This document shows positions 9,150 through 23,715 of a DNA stretch of 39,148 bases, piece after piece. The notes below the pieces were generated by a model that was given only the letters and a program-made list of their open reading frames with translations, searched no databases and had not been told where the DNA came from. Both the position numbers and the translations under genes were made by a program. The number at the start of each line of letters is the position of its first letter. Positions within the stretch are counted from its first letter, which is position 1. Origin of the DNA: Azolla caroliniana (Eukaryota > Plantae > Polypodiophyta); NCBI GenBank assembly GCA_043228905.1, contig JBHGNT010000289.1, forward strand, positions 1-39,148. The letters are read 5' to 3'.

Positions 9150-11568
9150 TGTGCAAGCATGGATAAGTAGGGTATTAGTAGATGGAGAGTTAGGCCAAAC
9201 ATTCGCAATTTCGAGGTCAGTGAGACAGGGTTGTTCGTTGGCTCCTTTTTTATATTTGATGATTGGAGAAGCGTTTAGTAGTTTTCTTACAAGTAATATT
9301 GTGAATATAAAAGGGCTACAATGGCCATGGTTAGAGGAACAGGTTGTGGATTATCAATTTGTTGATGATACAGCCTTGTATTTGCAAAGTTCTAGCGATA
9401 ATCTTTCTAGAGTACAACATGTTATTGATACATTTTGCTATGCTTCTAGAATTGTTATTAATTGGAATAAATCGGTGGGGTTCTGGGTAGGTAACACAAT
9501 AAACCCTTTGTGGTGTCCACAAGAAGGGTTTCAATGGATTCCGCATGGGAAACCTATAAGATACTTGGGATGTCATGTATGTATTAATATTTCGCCGGAA
9601 GATCATGTAGCTCCTCTGTTGCTTGCTATAAGGAAGAAATTGTTATATTGGAATATTGCTAAATTGTCATTGGCAGGAAGGTTGTTATTGCCAATCAAGT
9701 ATTGTTAGCTTCCATGTGGTACATTTTATCAGCTTGGTTGTGCTCACGTTCTGCTTTATCGCAAGTACAAAGGCTTATTAGGAATTTCCTTTGGGGATCT
9801 AAAGATTGTTCTTATGTGAGAGCCAAGGTATCTTGTAAAGTTATTACAACTCCAAAGGACGAGGGTGGTCGTGGGAAAATTTATTATAAGTGGTTTGTTG
9901 CCTGGTGGGGAGCCTTGGAAAAAAATCTTAAGGCAGAGAATGGTTAAAGTTATGCCTTCTACCGGTGGCAATTGGAAAGATAGTTTTTTAGGGGTATCAT
10001 GAAGGCATGGTGGGATTTGAAACATAACTTAGTCCGATCTTTACCATCATGTAAGGAGGAATGGTTGCATCAACCCCTCCTATTGAACCCTCTATTTGCA
10101 TCAGAATATGGGGTAATGTTAGGGAAGAGAACTACGTTGAATTGGGCTGACTTTGATAAAGGTGAAGCTAAGTCTGTTGGGAATTGGCTGACTTTTTCTT
10201 CTTCAGCGATGGAAAACAAAACCCAAGTTTGTAGTGCAATTTGGGGAGGGAAAATTATGTATTCAGAAATGGATAGTCTTTACAATATCTTCCTTTCAAC
10301 CTGCTCAAACTAGTTTCCTTTGGTATGGTATGTTTTCATCCCTACATGTCTTATTGGGGGTTAGGGATTATAAAAACTCTCATGAATGCCTTTACTTCGA
10401 TGTTTTGCCTTCTGGACGACTTCATTCTCTCTTTGTGGAAGACGAAATTGTAACTCGAGGGAATAGGTTGCCTATACGTATATTATGGAAGAAAGATAAT
10501 AAATGGATATTGAACCCACATCCAAATGATGTTAAGAATCTCTCTAATTTATGGGTCTATGAGACTAAGCCCATTGATCACCTTTTGTGGGATCCTTGTG
10601 AGTGGAAATGGCAAATCAGATCAGCACAAGGAATATTAAGGAGAGAAATGGGTAGAGAAATGCTAAGGAGAGGTGTGACTGTTACACCAACAGCTTGTAA
10701 TTTTTGGAGATTTGGTAATGTAACAGATTCTTGGTTGAATGCTTATTGGAAATGGTTATGGGCGATGCAAATTCCTAAAAAGGTTGTGTTATTTAGATGG
10801 TTGTTGACACATTATGGCATTCCTGTGAAGTCAGGGATGCGGGCACATTGTCAAGATTTAAAATGTGACAGTTGTGGTTCTCCCATTGAATCGGTTTACC
10901 ATGTTTTATGGATATGTCCTATTGCTATAGCAGTTTGGAAAAGAATGTTGAGAATGTTATATCCTATTTATGGTAGGCAGGTGTACACATGGGATTTTGT
11001 GAGATGGGGAAGATTGGCTAAAGAAATTCAAAACTATGAAAAGGAGTATGGTGATTTCCTTCTCCTCTCCGATGGAAGACATGTATTGGACGTCTATGAT
11101 ATTCCGTTGTTTGGAAGAGGATATGCTCTGGTCTACGATATCTTCTCTAGTCATTTGGGTCTTGTGGAAGGCTATATGTAAATGTGTATTTCAGAAAGTT
11201 AAACAGAATGTAGTTGAGTTAGTCAAAGAGGTATGGTTAATGCTCGTACACCCTTTAAGAGGTCAATATGATGCAATAACTGGTGAGCCTGAAGTTGTGA
11301 TTCGGAGACAACAACAATTTAGAGAAACTTGGAAAAACGTTGAGGTCTTCGTCTCTTTTGGAGAAAGAATAAAGTGGAGATATGCTTCATCAAGCTGGCT
11401 TTTTCCACCCCCCGTCTTGGAACAACCTTCATGAGGGCTTTTGATACTTGACATGTTGGTTGATGTGGATATGAGGGTTGTAATATATTGTATGAACTCG
11501 TTGTAGCCTTTCAGCATCTTTCCATTAATACCAAGGTGAACCTTCTTTAAAAAAATAAAAATAAAAAT
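9150..11568 (+). mobile_element. 5'-truncated, degenerate L1/Tx1-type LINE (ORF2 RT plus C-terminal zinc finger)
   Basis: Motifs SVRQGCSLAPFLY, QFVDD, INWNKS, IRYLG, LSLAGR and zf-RVT-like CDSCGSPIESVYHVLWIC over frameshifted ORFs; A-rich tail at ~11549-11568. Confidence 0.9.
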
Positions 11569-11574
11569 ATTGTG

Positions 11575-12183
11575 TCCTATTTATGGTAAACAGGCGTACA
11601 CATGGGGTTTTGTGAGATGGGGAAGGTTGGCTGAAGAAATACAGAATTATGAAAGGAACCATGTTGATTTTCTTCTCCTCTTTGATGGAAGACATGTGTT
11701 GGAGGCCTCTTATACTATCCATTGTTTGGAAGAAGACAAGGTTTGGTCTACTATATCTTCTTTAGTAGTTTGAATGTTATGGAAGGCAAGATGTAAGTGT
11801 GTACTTCAGAATGTCAAACTGAATGCGGTTGAGTTAGTCAAGGAGATATGGTTGATGCTCCTGCATGCTCTAAGAGGTCAATATGAGGCAATACATGTTG
11901 AGCCTAATGTTGTGTTTCGCAAGCAACAACAATTTCGAGAAATTTGGATAAAGGCAGAGGTCTTCACCTATTTTGGGGACAGAATAAAATGGAGATATGC
12001 TCCACCAAGATGGCTTTTTCCGCCCCCTGTCTTGAAAAGACCATGCATGAGGGTTTCCGCTACTAGACATGTCCATTCATGTGGGTAGGAGGGTTGTACT
12101 AGATTGTATGGATACTTTGTAGCCTTTGGGCATCTTTTCATTAATACCACAGTGAATCTTCACTTTTAAAAAATAAAAAATAA
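11575..12183 (+). mobile_element. Second short 5'-truncated LINE copy inserted at the tail of the first
   Basis: Similar to ~10960-11568 (PIYGKQAYTWGFVRWGRL vs PIYGRQVYTWDFVRWGRL); has its own A-rich tail; AAAAATATTGTG duplicated at 11563-11574 and 12184-12195. Confidence 0.85.
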
Positions 12184-13458
12184 AAAAATATTGTGGCAAG
12201 AGCAACATGCTAGGGTATTAATAGGGTCCAATGGATAACCATATGACATGAGGATTAAGGGACAATCTATGCTACGAATAACAGTGACCTAAGTATGACA
12301 TGGTCTCAAAAAAAGTAGATATATGTAAGGGGTACATTTTAGTGGACACTATCTTATATGTGTGTTATGCCACATGAGGTGTGTTCATCAAATTTGTATG
12401 ATACCCATAAAACAAATACACCTTGCATGACAATATCATATTCTCCCATCAATTTTGTGACACTTGAATGTTGGCAAGATTCATTTGATCCATATTTAGT
12501 GTTTGCAAGGACTAGGATATGGTAGTCAAGGAGTAAGGTGGGTGTTGCTTTTCCTTGGAATAGTATTAAATTAATGTACTTGTGCTGGACATAATGCAAG
12601 GTATATTTTGTTTATATGGATGAAAATTATATAAGATCTTATAGGCCTTTTGAGAAGCTTTGCTTACGGTCATAGTAAAATGCTAAAACTCTAAAATTAT
12701 TTTAGATGAGGTGGAAATGGTTGCAAACGAAATGGACCACTTCGCTCGAAAAATAACATTATGCAACAATTTCCACAACAAAATGGACCATTCTCAAATT
12801 GGGAAGATGAGGCTAGCTCGCACAATGTCCATCAATGATAGTTCATTAATGTCCATTGATTTAGACTCCACCACTAGATGAAGGCAACGAAGTCTTGACT
12901 CAAAACATACAAAGACTTCAAGAGCATTAAAGCCATTCTAGTGTGATCTAACAAGGATTCAAAGATTTTTAGGATGTAAAATACAACTACCAACAACGTG
13001 CATATTAGTATAGATTATGTGTTTGAAGAAAAATAAGATCATGATTTCTCGTATGCTTGAACATATGAAAATTTGGTTATGCACAAGACCATCATGGTGG
13101 TAATTAGAAAGCTGATGTATATATATAGTTAAACTTTTGACCTAACAACATGTGCTACAACCATGAATCCCATAAAGAAAACAGTTCTATTATTTGATAA
13201 ATAATTGGTAATTGTTGTTGCAAGCTTATTTAATGGAGTCTGGTACCACATTATATATACTTGTTTACTTCTCAAGTCTTTATAAATTTTGAACAAATCA
13301 TACCCAACTTTCTATGCTATTGATGAGGGACAAGTATATTGTATTAGTCAATCATTATGAGGAAGGTAATACTAATGAGATATTTTGAGCATTATGTAAT
13401 ACAACTTGGCATTGATTTTATAGCTCAAAAGATGATAATACGTATTTATAGCTTAGTA

Positions 13459-13538
13459 GAAGTATATTAAATCTCTCTTGAGCTTTTGGATAGCCAACGG
13501 AAGTATATTATATCTCTCTTAAGCTTTTGGATAGCCAA
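13459..13538. repeat. 41-bp tandem duplication
   Basis: GAAGTATATTA(A/T)ATCTCTCTT(G/A)AGCTTTTGGATAGCCAA twice. Confidence 0.8.
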
Positions 13539-14200
13539 AAGTGTGATTGGCATTGATTGCAATTCAGATTTTTCATGGGAAAGTGACGAATAATAAAATT
13601 GATTATCCCTTCATTGGAGCACAATTTTGACATATAACATAGAATGCCTATATATTTGGCTTGCAATGAGACAAATCTTGGAAGCCTAAAGAGGGGTATG
13701 TTACACAAGCTTCCCTAATTTAGTCTTGGGATTGTTTTTAGGATCTAATAATACCTTTGTCCTTAATAAATGTGTAGGATTTCATCAAACCAAAGTATCA
13801 ATACTCTAGCCAACTAAAGAAGCTCACTCACACATATATCTAGATTTTTGTAAGAATAAGCTCACATTGTCTCAATGCCACCCGAGGTAATTAAACAAAA
13901 CATACACACAATTAAACATAATACACACTTAAATAAACACTGGTAACTATACATTGTCATTGGTTTATAAAGGGAAATATTTGTTTCTCTCCATGTGTTG
14001 ATAAAAAGATTGACGTTAATGTTGCTCCAACCACAAGTTTAGTACTATCGATTTCCAAGATTGCCATTGGGTTATGGTTGTTAGTGTACAAATTTTAAAC
14101 TGAAAGTATCATGGGTTCTGATAAAGTCTGCAACATCATAGGCCTTGCTTACAATCATTGATGTTGCAAAGCACAAGCTTCACAACCCACACAAATATAA

Positions 14201-14260
14201 ACATATATACATATACATATACATAGAGAGAGAGAGAGAGTGTGTGTGTGTGTGTGTGTG
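14201..14260. repeat. Compound microsatellite (ACATAT)n-(GA)n-(GT)n
   Basis: Read directly from the sequence. Confidence 0.85.
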
Positions 14261-16094
14261 TTATGAACCCATAACGTAGGTGAGGGTAGGTCACTAATAT
14301 TTACATAAGTGAAGGGTATATTCACTAATGTTAAAAAGGGGACTAATGTGATTGGATAGAAGGAATGATAGGTGCATGCACTATCATGATTTGGACAACC
14401 AATGAATGGAGAGCCTTTTAGAAAGGCAAATCTATTCTAGATAGTTCCAAATCCTATGGAATTTAATAATTTTTTTCTAAAAAGAATAGAATCTAATCTT
14501 AGTTTTTCAAGTACAAAGAAAGGGGATACCGAAAAAAAGACGTCAAATAATTTAGACTTAACACCTAACAATTTAGAATTAAAATCAAACAATTTAAACT
14601 TAAAAGGGGTCTAAGAAAAGGTATAAATATGAGGCTTAGCTACCCTCGTAAGCACATTACGTCGAAAGGCTATTGTCTTACACACTAGTGGTGCGGGCTA
14701 AGCTTTCGTCTCGACGATCGTGTTTATCTCTTCCAAGGTATTAGTCATCCGAATATCCGAAGATATAAGACGTCGGTGGTAGGTTGGTTATGTCTAGATC
14801 ATAGCTCGAGGGTGGTTGGGTGGAACGGGTTCTTCTATCCAATCTATTTTCCTTCTTTTTACTTTATTTTGGTCTATTAATTAGTATTAGACTCTTAACA
14901 AAGAGAGATTAAATCATGGTTGCATGATATTTTCAAAAGTCGTTAATAGTTCTAATCTACACAAATCCCCACAAAAGTTCAAATAACTAGTAATTCCTTG
15001 CACTAGAAAGTTTGGAAACAAAGCATTGGTCACAAGCAAAGTTGCATCTATGCAAAACCAAACATGACTGCTGGATAATCCCTCACAAGAACATCAGATC
15101 TTGATACTCCTAGATTACTTCTTTAAGAAGCCAAAGAAGTGATAGTTGGCGAATACTTTTGCGAATACATACATCTTTTTATAGTTTGTTCCCATATTGC
15201 TATTTGGGGTGTTCAAAGAAAGTGATTGACCTTGGAAGAATTAGCCAACACAAAACCCATTTAACTAGTCGATAGTAATATACTAACGGTCGCCAACATG
15301 TAAAGGCAAAACAACAAACAAAATAGTCAAATAGTCACCCCTTCAATTTTGAGAATAACATAAATTTAAAATAATACTTGATGTAAAATGTCATAGAAAG
15401 TAATCCAATTCTCAAATCTACTCCTATTTATCATCTCTGAATATTTTACGCACAAATCATTGATAAGTGAGATCTTTAAAGTCTTTTGGGATCTTTATTG
15501 TGATGCAAAACTAGAGAACATATATTCGGAGCTCATTTCTCACATGAAACTTCATTTTGAACAGCGAACACGTGACCGACTACACTCAGAGAAATAGTAT
15601 ATATAAATATATGGATACGACTTTAACCATACTACGGAATCAAGGTGGTCACTTTGCTAAGGACCTCTTCTCTAACAATATTCCACTCTAACATTACTTC
15701 AGTCCTCCTGTCATAGTTACAATTTACTGTAGAAATATGTACAGTTCTGACAACTCAAGTTAACGAGTAGGTGATTCTACTTAAGGTGAAAGGAAAAGCA
15801 AACAACAGGCTCTAACTGAGGCTATATTTGTAAGAGTTCAAATTACTCGAGTGTGATAAAGATTGTAGAGCATGTATACAATGTGGATAAAACGAAAAGA
15901 AGCAATACCTATACAAGGGATCCTTCATACCAACTTGAATCTATTTGTACCATCTCCATTCTTTACTGATGTTTGAGGGTGTGTGTCAGCTATATGCATC
16001 TTCCAAATACCAATATATCTTCCCTGTTGCTTTAGTATCTATATCTATCTATATAGCTAACATGGGGGAAGAGCTGAAAAACTGTTCAGGATCT

Positions 16095-19000
16095 TTAGCT
16101 TTTCTTTTTCTCTTCCTCAACTTTGAGGAGACGAACAGGAACAACAGGTATGCTGTACCACCATTCTCTTACCCTTCGCATTATGCGTTCAGTGCTTTCT
16201 TGACGGAAGCGTGTTTGTCGTGTGAATGCCTCCCAAAACATTGAGAGCAAAATTAGCTTGAAAGGAAGAAATGCGAGAGAAAATGCAAGGATGACTAGCA
16301 CTTTCGCCACTTGGTCTGTCGCCTATGAAAAATGTTTTCGCAAACATACTTTTTAGAAGAAGAAAATAATATCTTTCAGTTAAAAGGAACAAAATTTACC
16401 CTTGTGACAAACTAGTATAGAATGTGCACTGACAATAGCCTGACTTATTATTGTGAAGGGTTTGAGTATTAACTCCTGATGAATTTTGAAATTCTGAACA
16501 AAATGATAAGCATCACACAATCATCAATCCTATTCCAAATTTTCTAATCTTTTTCTTTTTGTATTTAGATAGTCTATGGTTCATACCATCACATAAAGCA
16601 AACACATTGCCTTCGCTAATCCCTTCTAAGCCAATGCATTGAGCTTGATGACAAGTTCTAGAAACAAACAAAGCTAGCCTATGATCTTATGATAACTATG
16701 TCACGTCAGCTGAGGTTGCAAAGAGTGGGAAAGAAACGAAAATATAGAAATCTTGTACAGTACCGTTTTCATGGTTTATGTATTAGATATTAAATAGACT
16801 CAAGAAATATTAGATATAAGATAACTTTGACCATGTGAAGTCGGCTTTGGGTATATGATAGGGCACGAGGAAGGTGTATGGATGAATCTGATGAGTTGAT
16901 GGGAATAGGCCCAATAAGGCTATACAAAATTCCCCATTTTAGCATTGCAAACCAAAAAAGATACCAGTTAGTTTCATCCCTTATTTTTCTACTTTGATAA
17001 GGAGGTGGCGGACCTCATGGCTCCACCCTTACAAACATTCAGCATATGGAGCTAGGGAAGGTATTATATGGATGCCTAGGTCTACATTTCTAATGGACAC
17101 CTTGATGAAATATAAATGCAATAATCAACCACTTCTGAGGCGCCCCATTCCAAAAGTAGAGTCCAAATAGGAGGTACCTAATACAAATTTCTGGGTATGG
17201 TATTTCATGCAATTTGGATAGTCCATGATCAGAGTCTGAATATAGAACTTTAGCAAGATTCATGGTATTCTTAATCACATGATATGGAGTTGCTAGTGAG
17301 GTTAGGACATGCGGTTGGGAATGGTTAGGCCACTTTGAAAATTCAATCTCCTTAACATATAATAATCCAGTCTTGATTTCTGTGCAAATGCTGAGAACAT
17401 TCATAAGACAAACACACATGAAGTAGCATGGCCGAGAAAATTTATCCCTCCTATGTCACGACATCTTTGGATGACAGGAACATGTAGAGAGAACAAAAAT
17501 GTCGCTCTCACCTTTCCACCTGGGTTTCCTTGACTACGGTTCTTATGTAGATGTAAGAAACTGCCCACTAATTATTCTGCAGAATGGCATATTTTGTGGA
17601 ATGTGAGGACATGAGTTTAAACGATTTTAAAACAGCTCACAGTTACCACAAAAAGGGATTATTTAGCCACAGCATTAAGAAAGGATAATCCTCCTCTACT
17701 TATCTTCACAACCCGTATCGTTGAACTATAAATCATTCTCGATGTTCATACGCAGTGTCCAGCAACTATCTGTAGCTCTTGCACTAGAGACTAGAGAAGA
17801 TCATTCACGCTGTTGGGGAATAACATCCAGCCAAGTTGACAACGAATCTCGCTGGTCAAAATAGCCCAAATGAATGTTCATTATCTAATGATTGCATGTC
17901 TTTTTCTCTTTTTGTCACCGGGAGTGTTAGTTTTGATCTCTTTTTTAAACAATTATTTCTCGTTTATTTTATTTTTACTCAGTACCAGTAACTCTTGAAA
18001 TTGGGAGCAATATCAGAAGAGCCACGGTCCATAGTCCAGACTGGTATCGTATGTGATTGGTTCAGATAACATTTGGTTTTGATGCAAGAGGAGGGTGTGC
18101 ATCCAATTGTAAAAGTGTCTTAAAAAACCCCTTACATATTCCACTTAAAAGTTATGAATGGACAAATGAGAGGGATAAAATATGTTTTTGAAGAGATGAC
18201 ACAAGGCAATATGAGAAAATAGATTCAAGGAGATGGAAAAATCAATTTAGAGAGCTGAAATCTGCAGGAATCATAGTTGATTTACTTTCTTTGGTACGAT
18301 GCTCTGGGGAGAATACTTAGGAAGCTTTATGATGGGTTATAGTTCCTGAAATAGGCTTAGAATGTTGGGTTTGGGCTCTGAGTTATTGTCTTACATTCTA
18401 TTCATAATCAATCCAAGAAATACCGAAGGAAGCCCCAAGGATTTGGGGCCAACAGGGCACCAAATTCTTGTTTAGCATAATACAACTCATCGGACGTGAA
18501 ATGAAATCGTAAGAATTATCTTCGACATTTTATATCAAACTCTTCAGTGATGAACTTTAGCTAAATTGGTTGTCTGCTTGGAGTTTTACTGTCTGAAAAA
18601 AGGCTAAAACATCAGACTACTGGGATTTCAGGAACTACATGCATACAGGTTTTTACTTGTAGATGATCTTTGTATAGTAGTTTCTGGCAAGAATATCTCA
18701 TGTTTCCTCAACATTCGAAGAATGTATCCTACATGTTCAAAACCAAACAAATGAAAGGTTTTTACTTCATAGCTGAGAAACAGGAATGACCTGGTTTTAC
18801 TGTCCAAAGAAACTACATGCATACAGGTTTTTACTTGTAGATGATCTTTGTATATTAGTTTCTGGCAAGAATATCTCATGTTTCATTCGAAGAATGTATC
18901 CTACATGTTCAAGACCAAACAAATGAAAGGTTTTTACTTCATAGTTGAGAAACAGGAATGAACTGGTTTTATTACTCACAGATTTTCGTCAAAAACGGAA

Positions 19001-22000
19001 AAAGAATTGACATTCCAATGAAGGGTAAAGAGAATTAAAATAACAAGAAGAATAATGCAAACGTTCAGAAGCTAATTTAATTATTCCTTGCATTCTCAAA
19101 CATATTTGAACAGGTAAATAGAGAACAAAACCGCTGAGAACTTGAACAGGTGTGCATGTGCCATGGCTTTCTTAATGAGTATATGCAGAAGATCCGAAAC
19201 ACCAGACACTCACCTACCCCTTATTTTATTTGTGTGAAATGAATTTACGATTTTAAATTGGAGATTAACTAAGTTTAGATGTAACCTGAGAGTGTGTTGA
19301 GAACAAGATAGCCCGGAGTTTCAAAAGGAAGATATTTCCAGCCTGTAACAAGTCTTTCAATTCAGTTAGGCCCTGCTGCAGAGCTAACAGCTGTTCCACA
19401 GTGCTTTGAACTGCAGGGGATATAACTCGAAGCTCTCCCGAATTGTTATCTTGACCTTGCCTGAACCAGAGCATGAATCCAGCCAAGCACAAAAGGCACA
19501 CCGGAATGACATATCCAAGGAGATTCCTGTCAATATCCCCACACACTGGCTCAAAACAGTGTAAATGATGAATGTGAGGCAAGGAACAGAAAACTTATGA
19601 TGAATATCTCAACGTTGATTCATTCACTCTGGGCTTGCAAGTATCAAAAAACATACTTGAGCATGACATAGGAACAAATTATAAGAAAAGTGGTTGTCTT
19701 AAATGGTTCATTCCAAGACTGCAATGACTTGATCCACTCCAAAACAGCACTGATGGGTACCATCAACTCCTGGGAATAGAAATGTTCCAAGTAAATTGTA
19801 AGCACTAAGCCATTTTAAAAAGAAAGATGATGTATTTATGCCTCAAAAAGACCAAAACAGCCTCAACAAGATACCACAAATGAGTATATGGTCTCTTCTA
19901 TAAGGACAATTAAAGTACATGAAACAAAATATATATTTAGATGTACATAAGAATTAAACAGAGTTAAACTGGAGGAGAAAATAATGATAAAAACCTTCAT
20001 TACAGCTATATTCATCTCAATTCCATCAACTTTCACACCATCAATAGTAGATTGTGCAAGTTCCATTCGTTTCGAGTTATCTCGAGACTGCATGACTGCT
20101 CTTTCAACAGGATTTAGATCACCAATCAAAAACTCTCCAACAGGGAAAGCTGCATCCTCACCACTTGATGGTTTCTTTGAGGCACCAAAACTGATTAAAG
20201 TTGCAGCTGCTGATATCGCAAAAAGCCGATGTGTTACAAATTTACCATTACTGGTACTGGTGTTGGGACCGGCACAGGCATCTCCATCAATGCGTGGACT
20301 ATCTACCGATCGAAGAGTTCTTGCCACAGCCTCCATTATAAGATCTCCACCATGTAGCTCCTCGCCAGTTAAAAATGAAAGAAGGGCCTCTGGTTTGGGG
20401 GGTAAAGCATGACTTAGCTCCCTCGTTGCTCGAAGACGAGCAATGCCTAAAACTGCCCTTGATAAAGCCTCGGCCTTTCCTACTTCTTCTAACTGATATT
20501 TTCTTATGAACTGGTGTGCACAAATAAGTTCTCGCACGACTGAGAGCCAATAATCACGCCGTGCATGACCCGTGAACTCTGGAAACTCAAATAGCAATGG
20601 TTCAGGGCTGCAATAATTACCCATCAATAAGCAGCGTGCTTGAATAGAAAAACAAATGTATATATAGAAAAGTTAGTATGCATATATGTCGTATCAACTT
20701 CTACAAATTCATATCTATCTATAGTAAACTTACATCGCAGCTGATTTGCATAAAATAGCTTTGTCAAATAATCGTGCACCCCATGGACCAGTCAGCTCAG
20801 GTCTTACAGTTTGACGGAAATTACCAGCTAGATCAAATTTCTTAGGCTTATCATATGACACCACTCCGATGGATTCAAAATATAGAGCATGATCTGTCAG
20901 GGTTAAACGACCTGCAGAAATGTAACTTCCAAAATGAGTTAGCATCATATTTGTAAAAGCGCCTCCCATTATCTTTTCAAAGAACTACAAAAAGACACTA
21001 TTAAGCCCCACTTTAGTCATACATAATCGAAAGCTCCCATATGAAACAGAAGAAATTCACTACTTAAACAATCTTCTTTTTGTCAAAATATGGAGTTTTT
21101 AAACCCTTACAATTTGTTATCCTCTTCCAAAGCATATTTTCAGGGATTATGAATTGTGTAAAAGCTAATTATGGGTAAAACAATTAATCACTGCCCTTGG
21201 AGATAATTCAGTAATGAAAAATGGAGGTATTATGCTAAAATTCAGTTAAGTTACAAAAATTATTAAGTAATTTAGAGACATATATGATGCAAAAAAATTC
21301 TATAGAAATCCACTGGAATTTAGTGGGACTCTACTTCAGCCATAGTACCATTTTACATCACTTAAATAACGTAGTTATACATAGTTTAAAAAATAACATT
21401 CTGCTTTGTACAAATCAACTACAACATATAAGAAGTGACTCTACGCATGCAGCATAACCTTTTCTCCAAAGTATTAGGCAAACATTTACCTGGCCATGTC
21501 GATACACCCACGTGTTGAAGAACTGGTTGTGTAGTCACAGTTCCCTCAAGCTCGATGACAATTTCTCTTTTAATCATATGGAGCTTCGATAAATGTGCCG
21601 CTGAAGACTGACTTTTCATAGCTTTAAGAGCCCTAACAATGAAAAAATAGGAAAGCATAAATCTTTACTTCTTCACATAGATGTAGATACAATAAATCAA
21701 GCAGTTTATTAGAAAAGAATTGAAGTATCTCACTTCTCAAGTTCTCCCAGATACTTATCATAAACTGAAAACTGAAGTCTTCCTTCACTTGCAGAAGTCA
21801 ATGCATCATATTGACTGTGTACTGTGACAGGGTCTGCAACACCAGCGATGGCAGGCCCCAACCGCACAAATGCTTGCTTTCCAACTGTTCTCTCAGTGTC
21901 TACCTGACATAAGTATATTATTTAATGTGGCCATCCCTTGTGGAAAATTTCAAATAAGAAATATACTTTCACTCTGGATGGATGGATCCTATTGCTACTT

Positions 22001-23663
22001 CCTTAAAACTTCAGCTCCTAAAAAACTCATTGCTTAACATGGCTACTCATGGCGAGATAATAAATATATGTTTCAAAAGTTCCTAAAAGCAAAAACTTCA
22101 TTGCTCACTTTTATTACAGGTTTGTCTGTTGCACCCGGGGTTTCCCAGGCAAGCATCATCTCAAAAGTGAGCCGCCGAAAATCCTTATTCGACAAGTAAT
22201 CTGTAACTCGGGAAGAAACTGCAAGTGCTCTAAAGCAACAGTATTCCAACAAATTCCGAGGATACTTTGCCGCTGTCTTTGCAATCTCTGGAATTTCTTC
22301 ATCAAATTGGTGTTGCAATTCATTGACTGATGACAATAAAATCCTGGAATAATTAAGGATCTAAAATTTTGAATGCGGTTTTCAAATATAGCAAGTAATA
22401 CAAAAAGAGTTCTAGAAGCAAATAGCTACAAGCCATGATAGCTAGCCCTACATACCCGATGGTCCTAGCTGCTTGCCCATGATATAGTCAGCTCGAGACA
22501 CATTCTAAATATCTAACTCCATTCATGTGGAGATATATGTATGCGGGAAACAAAGAAGGACCTTTAGATGCAAGTCACAAGATGCAGCGTACAGCGACGT
22601 ACCTAGCCCTATAAATCCTAATTAATCTTCAGTCTTGGTAAGATTATGGGTTAGTTGATTCCATTAACATTAAGGTTATGTGAGTTACCACTGTGTTATC
22701 CACTTAAACAAAGTATGTAAAAAATCTTAAGCAAAACTCGTGTTACACGAAGGGCTTGACCAGCAAAGCCCGTTATCTAGATTAGACATATTATCTAAAC
22801 CCTAAACCCTTATTTTTAGTAGTTACCGGTGTTGTAACATAAAAGGATTCGAGAAACAAAACCATTAGCCACTGAAAATTCATAAATAAATAAAGCAACA
22901 GAATACAAAGACGATATGAAAATAATAATAAGAAATGAAATTCTTCTTAGAAGCGAACCCCATAAATAAATATCAAAGCAACTGAAAAATAAAGACTAAA
23001 TCAATGGAATAGGAAATTTGACATAAATAAACACAGGAAACAGACACAAATCTGGAATTTAACCTAGCAAAAAACAATAGTGCATTGGAAAAAGTTAGAA
23101 ACGACCAAAATATAAATCAGTACAGCATAAGGTTGCATAGAAAGCAATACGACAACATCTCATACAGAATCAATTGCACAAAATAAAAACAAACCAATAC
23201 AATATAAGTTTATATAGAATTGACCCAAAATGAATTACGAGCAAAGAAGTATTAACATAAGCTTAGATAGATTTAACCCAAAAGGCAAGAGAACAAAATA
23301 TACAAAATAGGTTTACATAGGACTGAACCCCCAAAAACACAAAGCACTACAACATAAGCTTCCACAGAATTGGATCCATAAAACAATGAGCTGAAAAAAG
23401 AAACAAATCAATGAACGCAACATAATTAACATAGAAGGGACCTACTTAGCACACCGAGATGCAACAACATTCGCAAGAGAAGAGAGCTCCCGAACCCATT
23501 TCCGGGAACGGCTTGAAGAACCGCTACCGTCTTCAGCTGAATCCTCTGAGATCTCTTCTTCTTCCCACGTGTCTTCCTTCTTCAACACCCCAAAGATACC
23601 TTTGAGAGAATTCTCTCTCATCAAATTCTCCATAAAATTCTTGCCTTTCAGCATGCTTCCCAT
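16095..23663 (-). CDS. Plant DUF639 family protein, ~712 aa, 9 exons: 23663-23446, 22343-22109, 21903-21734, 21632-21490, 20911-20734, 20607-19995, 19769-19657, 19526-19286, 16322-16095
   Basis: All introns are GT-AG and phase-consistent (2139 nt total). Motifs ELSSLANVVASRC, RNLLEYCCFRAL, WPGRLTLTDHALYFE, LTGPWGARLFDKA, VDGIEMNIAVMKEL and RRVREWWYSIPVVPV are typical of DUF639. Confidence 0.9.
18633..18972. repeat. Near-identical ~175-bp tandem duplication in DUF639 intron 8
   Basis: AACTACATGCATACAGG...AAACAGGAATGA(C/A)CTGGTTTT occurs twice, with a small indel. Confidence 0.85.
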
Positions 23664-23675
23664 CCATACACATAA

Positions 23676-23715
23676 AGGAGGAGGAGGAGGAGGAGGAGGA
23701 GAAGAAGAAGAAGAA
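23676..23715. repeat. (GGA)n(GAA)n microsatellite just upstream of the DUF639 ATG
   Basis: Read directly; pyrimidine-rich on the gene's sense strand. Confidence 0.8.

Noticed and set aside
9145-9177. TSD for the first LINE (partial similarity to 12189-12220, shared TAGGGTATTA)
   Set aside because: It is too degenerate and overlaps LINE coding sequence.
12200-16000. Possible old transposon relics (also 24250-25000 and 35200-36800)
   Set aside because: I could not identify a motif or terminus by eye; a repeat-library or tBLASTx search is needed.
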